Source: Flavobacteriales bacterium (GTDB lineage Bacteria; Bacteroidota; Bacteroidia; Palsa-965). From it: 64,000 bases of DNA. Positions 60,501 through 64,000 of this stretch are shown in pieces. A program made the position numbers and the translations under genes. The stretch covers positions 32,001 through 96,000 of the forward strand of contig JBEIPA010000003.1 in the NCBI GenBank assembly GCA_040377305.1. Reading direction: 5' to 3'. Within the stretch, counting starts at the first letter, position 1. Each line of letters begins with the position of its first letter. A model generated the notes under the pieces. The model saw nothing but the letters and a program-made list of their open reading frames with translations, searched no databases and was not told the origin of the DNA.

Positions 60501-60533
60501 ACTATAATTCAACACTGTGTTCTTTCCCTGATT

Positions 60534-60935
60534 TTACTTCTTGAACTGCACAAGAATATGCCTTACATCCCTTTCATTTTCGCGAATAGCAGTTACGGTC
60601 ACAATGTGATATCCGAATTCCGTTAAGAACGGTTCAGAAATTTCATTCAGCCCCAATTCAAAAGTTACTTTATCAAATTCGGGAACCATCATCCCCACCG
60701 TAACGTGTTCATATTGTCCGCCGGATTCTTTGGATCCCGGATCTTCTGTGTACTCGCTGGCAAGCTTGACAAAGTCTTCTCCGTTCTTTAATCTCGTGTG
60801 TAATTCGTCGATCAGTGTTTTCGCTTCAGCTTCCGTGCGCGTGGGATCTTCGGACCCTGGAGGTTTTGTTTCGTTTCCGCAGGAATAGAATGTCACAAGC
60901 AGACAAGCAATCAGAATTTGTGAAATGTATTTCAT
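60534..60935 (-). CDS. Parvulin (PpiC-type) peptidyl-prolyl isomerase lipoprotein
   Basis: Lipobox FYSC; GEDF..LA.EY.EDPGS...GG...MVPEFD...ISEP..TEFGYHI. Confidence 0.88.
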   Translation of the reverse strand: MKYISQILIACLLVTFYSCGNETKPPGSEDPTRTEAEAKTLIDELHTRLKNGEDFVKLASEYTEDPGSKESGGQYEHVTVGMMVPEFDKVTFELGLNEISEPFLTEFGYHIVTVTAIRENERDVRHILVQFKK

Positions 60936-61003
60936 CAGGCGTGATTTTGTATTTGAAAGTTACGAATTCTAAGCGTGAACGTGATCACGACTCAGCGCAA
61001 AGG

Positions 61004-61043
61004 AAAAGCCGCAATCTCTCAATCGAAGCCCTCTTTTTTTACT
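61004..61043. repeat. Copy 2 of the hairpin direct repeat
   Basis: aaaagccgcaatctctcaatcgaagccctctttttttact. Confidence 0.8.
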
Positions 61044-61098
61044 CCCGTCTCCTGCGCCGCGGCGCACTCCCAACTCCGATCTAATTCACCTTTTTTAT

Positions 61099-62388
61099 CT
61101 ACAAAACAATAAGCGTCTTCTCAATCGCACGCTTCAACTTCCCCTCCACGTTCACTTGTGTCGCGTAAACATCCCACATCTTTACTGCTTCTGCGACTTC
61201 ATTCAGTATCCGTTCCGCACGTTTTATGTTCATCTGCCGCGCCACATAAATCAAATCTTCGCGTGTGATGTTCTTCCGTTTTCCGTTCACACTTAATGAG
61301 TGCTGACTGACCCATTCACTTCCGGGACGGTACGCGTGACATACATCGAATGCAGGCGACAAGTTCCATTCTCCATTCTTGTCCATGATGAACGCAAAAT
61401 TCTTAGTGTGGTCATCACAGTTTCTTCCCATTACATTGAACGCCATTCTGCGATACAGTTGTTCTGCTTGCGGATAAGGAAGCCCGAGTATGCGCATGGT
61501 TTCAAAGAGCTGCTCGTAACTATAACTGTTCATGTCGTTAAAGTCGTAATGCTGCATGGCGCAGAAACTCTGTACGTGTAATTTGCTTGTTGCCCGTACG
61601 CGATCAAATCGGCGTGTCATAAAATGTGCGCGTCCGTTTTCTTCGAGCAAGCGGCATTCCATCATTTCAATGCCGGCATCTTTCGCCATTAAATAGTAAG
61701 CCATTTCTACGCGACCATAACCACTCGAAGCGCCGAACTGTGTATCAATTACTCCATCGAACTTGATCAGCCAATGAGAATATCCTTTTGGTGCTGCGGC
61801 TTGTCCGGCGCGAACTCCGCCCGTCTTCGGGTTGTATGCGATCACCGCTTTTGCACGCGCTCCACCAGCCGAGGATCCGATTTTCAAAATATCCATCAGC
61901 GCCTTTTCTTCATCGGCTTTTAATTTCCCTTTTACCTTTTTCTTGCCCGAAAGAATGGTGCCTGCAATTTCAACGAGACTGGATATTTCTACTTTCGAAG
62001 AAACTGCGTTTGACTTCGGGGTTGCCGGTTCAAACTCCAGCGCACCCATTCCGCGTGTTCCGGTGAAACACAAAATCTCAACAGGATTCAGACTGTTTGT
62101 AGGTCGTCCGTTCCGGGCAAGCCAGGCATTGATCAACGCGTTTCCGAATTTATCAGGTAATGAATCCGCAAGTAATCCGGGTAAGCCACGAAACGTTTGC
62201 AGATCCCTCAACTCAGAAAAACTGAAAATGGTTCTTCCGGTATCAATTGGCATTTTGATCGGAGAAGGATCCAATCCGCTTTTCACAAATGCTGCATCAT
62301 ACTCAAACGCACCAACTCCCGTAGCAGGATCCCATGAAACGGCTCCTACACGTTTGTTCCAAAGATGAATAAATGCCTTTGTGATCAT
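61099..62388 (-). CDS. hipA: HipA family toxin (Ser/Thr kinase)
   Basis: HipA N-terminal coupled domain (LPGLLADSLPD.FG), GSSAGGARAKA P-loop, N.DDH.KNF and LSPAFD. Confidence 0.93.
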   Translation of the reverse strand: MITKAFIHLWNKRVGAVSWDPATGVGAFEYDAAFVKSGLDPSPIKMPIDTGRTIFSFSELRDLQTFRGLPGLLADSLPDKFGNALINAWLARNGRPTNSLNPVEILCFTGTRGMGALEFEPATPKSNAVSSKVEISSLVEIAGTILSGKKKVKGKLKADEEKALMDILKIGSSAGGARAKAVIAYNPKTGGVRAGQAAAPKGYSHWLIKFDGVIDTQFGASSGYGRVEMAYYLMAKDAGIEMMECRLLEENGRAHFMTRRFDRVRATSKLHVQSFCAMQHYDFNDMNSYSYEQLFETMRILGLPYPQAEQLYRRMAFNVMGRNCDDHTKNFAFIMDKNGEWNLSPAFDVCHAYRPGSEWVSQHSLSVNGKRKNITREDLIYVARQMNIKRAERILNEVAEAVKMWDVYATQVNVEGKLKRAIEKTLIVL

Positions 62389-62732
62389 TACCAGTCTGAC
62401 TTACGTTTCTTGCTCTTCACTTTTGTTTTCGACGCACGTTTGCGTTTCGACAATTCTAATTCCGCCAATTGTATCGGACTCGGTTGAATCTTCACTTCAA
62501 ATTCGGAAAGCACATGCAATTGACGCAACGCCCTGAGCAATTGAATGAGCGTAATAATATTCGCACGCATCCCGTTCTCAAAATCAATCAGTGTAGACCG
62601 ACTTACACCAGCTTCCTCTGCCAGTTGTGCCTGTGTCTTGTTCAGTGCCAGACGGTGATGCTTGATGTAAGCACCCATCTCCGCCACAATTGCAGTATCA
62701 CTAAGGGCATATATGTCGGAAAAAGTAGACAT
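62388..62732 (-). CDS. HipB-like XRE family HTH antitoxin
   Basis: R...NKTQAQLAEEAGVSRSTL..FENG; TAATG overlap with hipA; TATATTTG -7 box at 62771-62778. Confidence 0.88.
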   Translation of the reverse strand: MSTFSDIYALSDTAIVAEMGAYIKHHRLALNKTQAQLAEEAGVSRSTLIDFENGMRANIITLIQLLRALRQLHVLSEFEVKIQPSPIQLAELELSKRKRASKTKVKSKKRKSDW

Positions 62733-62812
62733 TAAAGGCTAATTATGGATATAATGTATGATATTACCTACAAATATAAGTATTTATGACACTTGTTCTG
62801 TAGAAGCACTCA

Positions 62813-62853
62813 CACAAAAAAGCCGCAATCTCCCGATCACGGCTCTTTTTACT
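62813..62853. repeat. Copy 3 of the hairpin direct repeat (likely terminator of the prolyl oligopeptidase gene)
   Basis: cacaaaaaagccgcaatctcccgatcacggctctttttact. Confidence 0.8.
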
Positions 62854-62879
62854 ATTTCCTATCGCCTATTACCTACTAC

Positions 62880-64000
62880 CTAATACGTCATGCCCAAATT
62901 CTGAAACACAAACGCCCAGATATCCGCCCACTCTTCAATCTGCTTCGTAGTCGGTTTGCCTGCACCGTGACCCGCATTTTTATCAATGCGAATCAGGATA
63001 GGTTCTTTGCCTTGCTGCTTCTCTTGCATGGTTGCTGCAAACTTGAACGAGTGCGCAGGAACAACGCGGTCATCGTGGTCACCTGTTGTAATGAGTGTCG
63101 CAGGATATTCAACTTCCTTCACGTTGTGTAAAGGTGAGTACGCCATCAGACACTTGAATTGTGTTTCATCTTCGCTCAAGCCATAGTCACTTGCCCACGC
63201 GCGACCAATCGTGAACTTGTGGTAACGCAACATGTCGAGTACACCAACCTGCGGAATACAAACCTGAAACAAATCAGGACGCTGTGTTTCTACAGCACCA
63301 ATGAGCAATCCGCCATTCGAACGACCGGTAACCGCAAGCTTGTCTTTGTTTGTGTATTTCTCAGCGATGAGGAATTCAGCAGCTGCAATGAAATCATCAA
63401 ATACGTTTTGCTTGTTGCAGAGAATTCCATCTGAATGCCATTTCTCGCCGTACTCATCTCCACCGCGAATGTTCGCAACTGCATACACGCCGCCACTTTC
63501 AAGGAATACACAACGGTCCATACGGAACTCGGGTGAGTAATGCGAATTGAATCCACCGTAACCAAAAAGGAATGCAGGATTATTTCCGTCCATCGCAATT
63601 CCTTTTTTGTGCGTCACGAACATCGGAACTTTTGTGCCGTCTTTGCTCGTGAAGAACACCTGTTCTGTTTCGTAATCTTCCGATTTGAAATCACACTTCG
63701 GCTGGAAATACAATTCTGTTGTCGCTGTATGCAGGTTGTATTTGTAAATCGATGGTGGACCAGTAAATGTTCCGATGCCAACAAATACCAAACTATCTTT
63801 CTTGTGCGTGCTCAATTCGTTCACTGCGCAGATGTCTGTATTGCCGCATTGAATGTCGCCCTTCTTCACTCCGGCGCGATCGTAGATTTCGAGTTTCGAT
63901 TTTACATCAACGAGATAATGCACGATGTACGCATCAGGAACCATGGAAATTCCAACCATGTAGTTCGCTGCTTCCGGAATAATTGTTTTCCAGTTTGCTT
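62880..64000 (-). CDS. Prolyl oligopeptidase (S9A), 5' end outside the window
   Basis: FTSKDGT.VPM, GYGGF, GRSNGGLL (Ser), DHDDRV (Asp) and AGHG (His); the frame stays open to the window edge. Confidence 0.95.
   Translation of the reverse strand, partial: ANWKTIIPEAANYMVGISMVPDAYIVHYLVDVKSKLEIYDRAGVKKGDIQCGNTDICAVNELSTHKKDSLVFVGIGTFTGPPSIYKYNLHTATTELYFQPKCDFKSEDYETEQVFFTSKDGTKVPMFVTHKKGIAMDGNNPAFLFGYGGFNSHYSPEFRMDRCVFLESGGVYAVANIRGGDEYGEKWHSDGILCNKQNVFDDFIAAAEFLIAEKYTNKDKLAVTGRSNGGLLIGAVETQRPDLFQVCIPQVGVLDMLRYHKFTIGRAWASDYGLSEDETQFKCLMAYSPLHNVKEVEYPATLITTGDHDDRVVPAHSFKFAATMQEKQQGKEPILIRIDKNAGHGAGKPTTKQIEEWADIWAFVFQNLGMTY

Noticed and set aside
60467-62853. Three direct repeats as a CRISPR array or integron attC array
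   Set aside because: Spacing is 0.5-1.8 kb with whole genes between copies. I saw no cas or integrase gene and no clear attC RYYYAAC/GTTRRRY ends.

Overview
This looks like a Bacteroidota chromosomal window. The evidence is five ORFs with T9SS-type C-terminal sorting domains, TAnnTTTG -7 promoter boxes and the Bacteroidota SurA/PPIase-MoxR cluster. Most of the window is envelope, secreted and housekeeping genes: a GlxA/AraC regulator with VOC/SRPBCC genes, PPIases, MoxR, alpha-2-macroglobulin, a large adhesin-like protein, two secreted M1 peptidases, ABC-F, pntAB and a prolyl oligopeptidase cut by the window edge. I saw no rRNA, tRNA, CRISPR array, integrase or transposase. Three things stand out. 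(1) A visibly AT-rich, tightly coupled four-gene operon (54278-60302) encodes a MORC/MutL-type GHKL ATPase fused to a complete histidine kinase, a receiver-domain protein with an unknown C-terminal domain, an unknown His-rich 253-aa protein and an N6-adenine DNA methyltransferase. It has no recognisable restriction nuclease and is a candidate phosphorelay-controlled defence system. (2) Three copies of a ~35-bp hairpin repeat separate the neighbouring cassettes (operon | PPIase | hipBA | prolyl oligopeptidase), which suggests serial insertion at a hotspot. (3) Intergenic inverted repeats built from 7-, 8- or 9-nt periodic units occur throughout the window. Several begin exactly at a TAG stop codon, and one pair encloses a four-helix-bundle gene plus a decayed passenger gene. 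All family calls come from motif recognition by eye; no searches were run.
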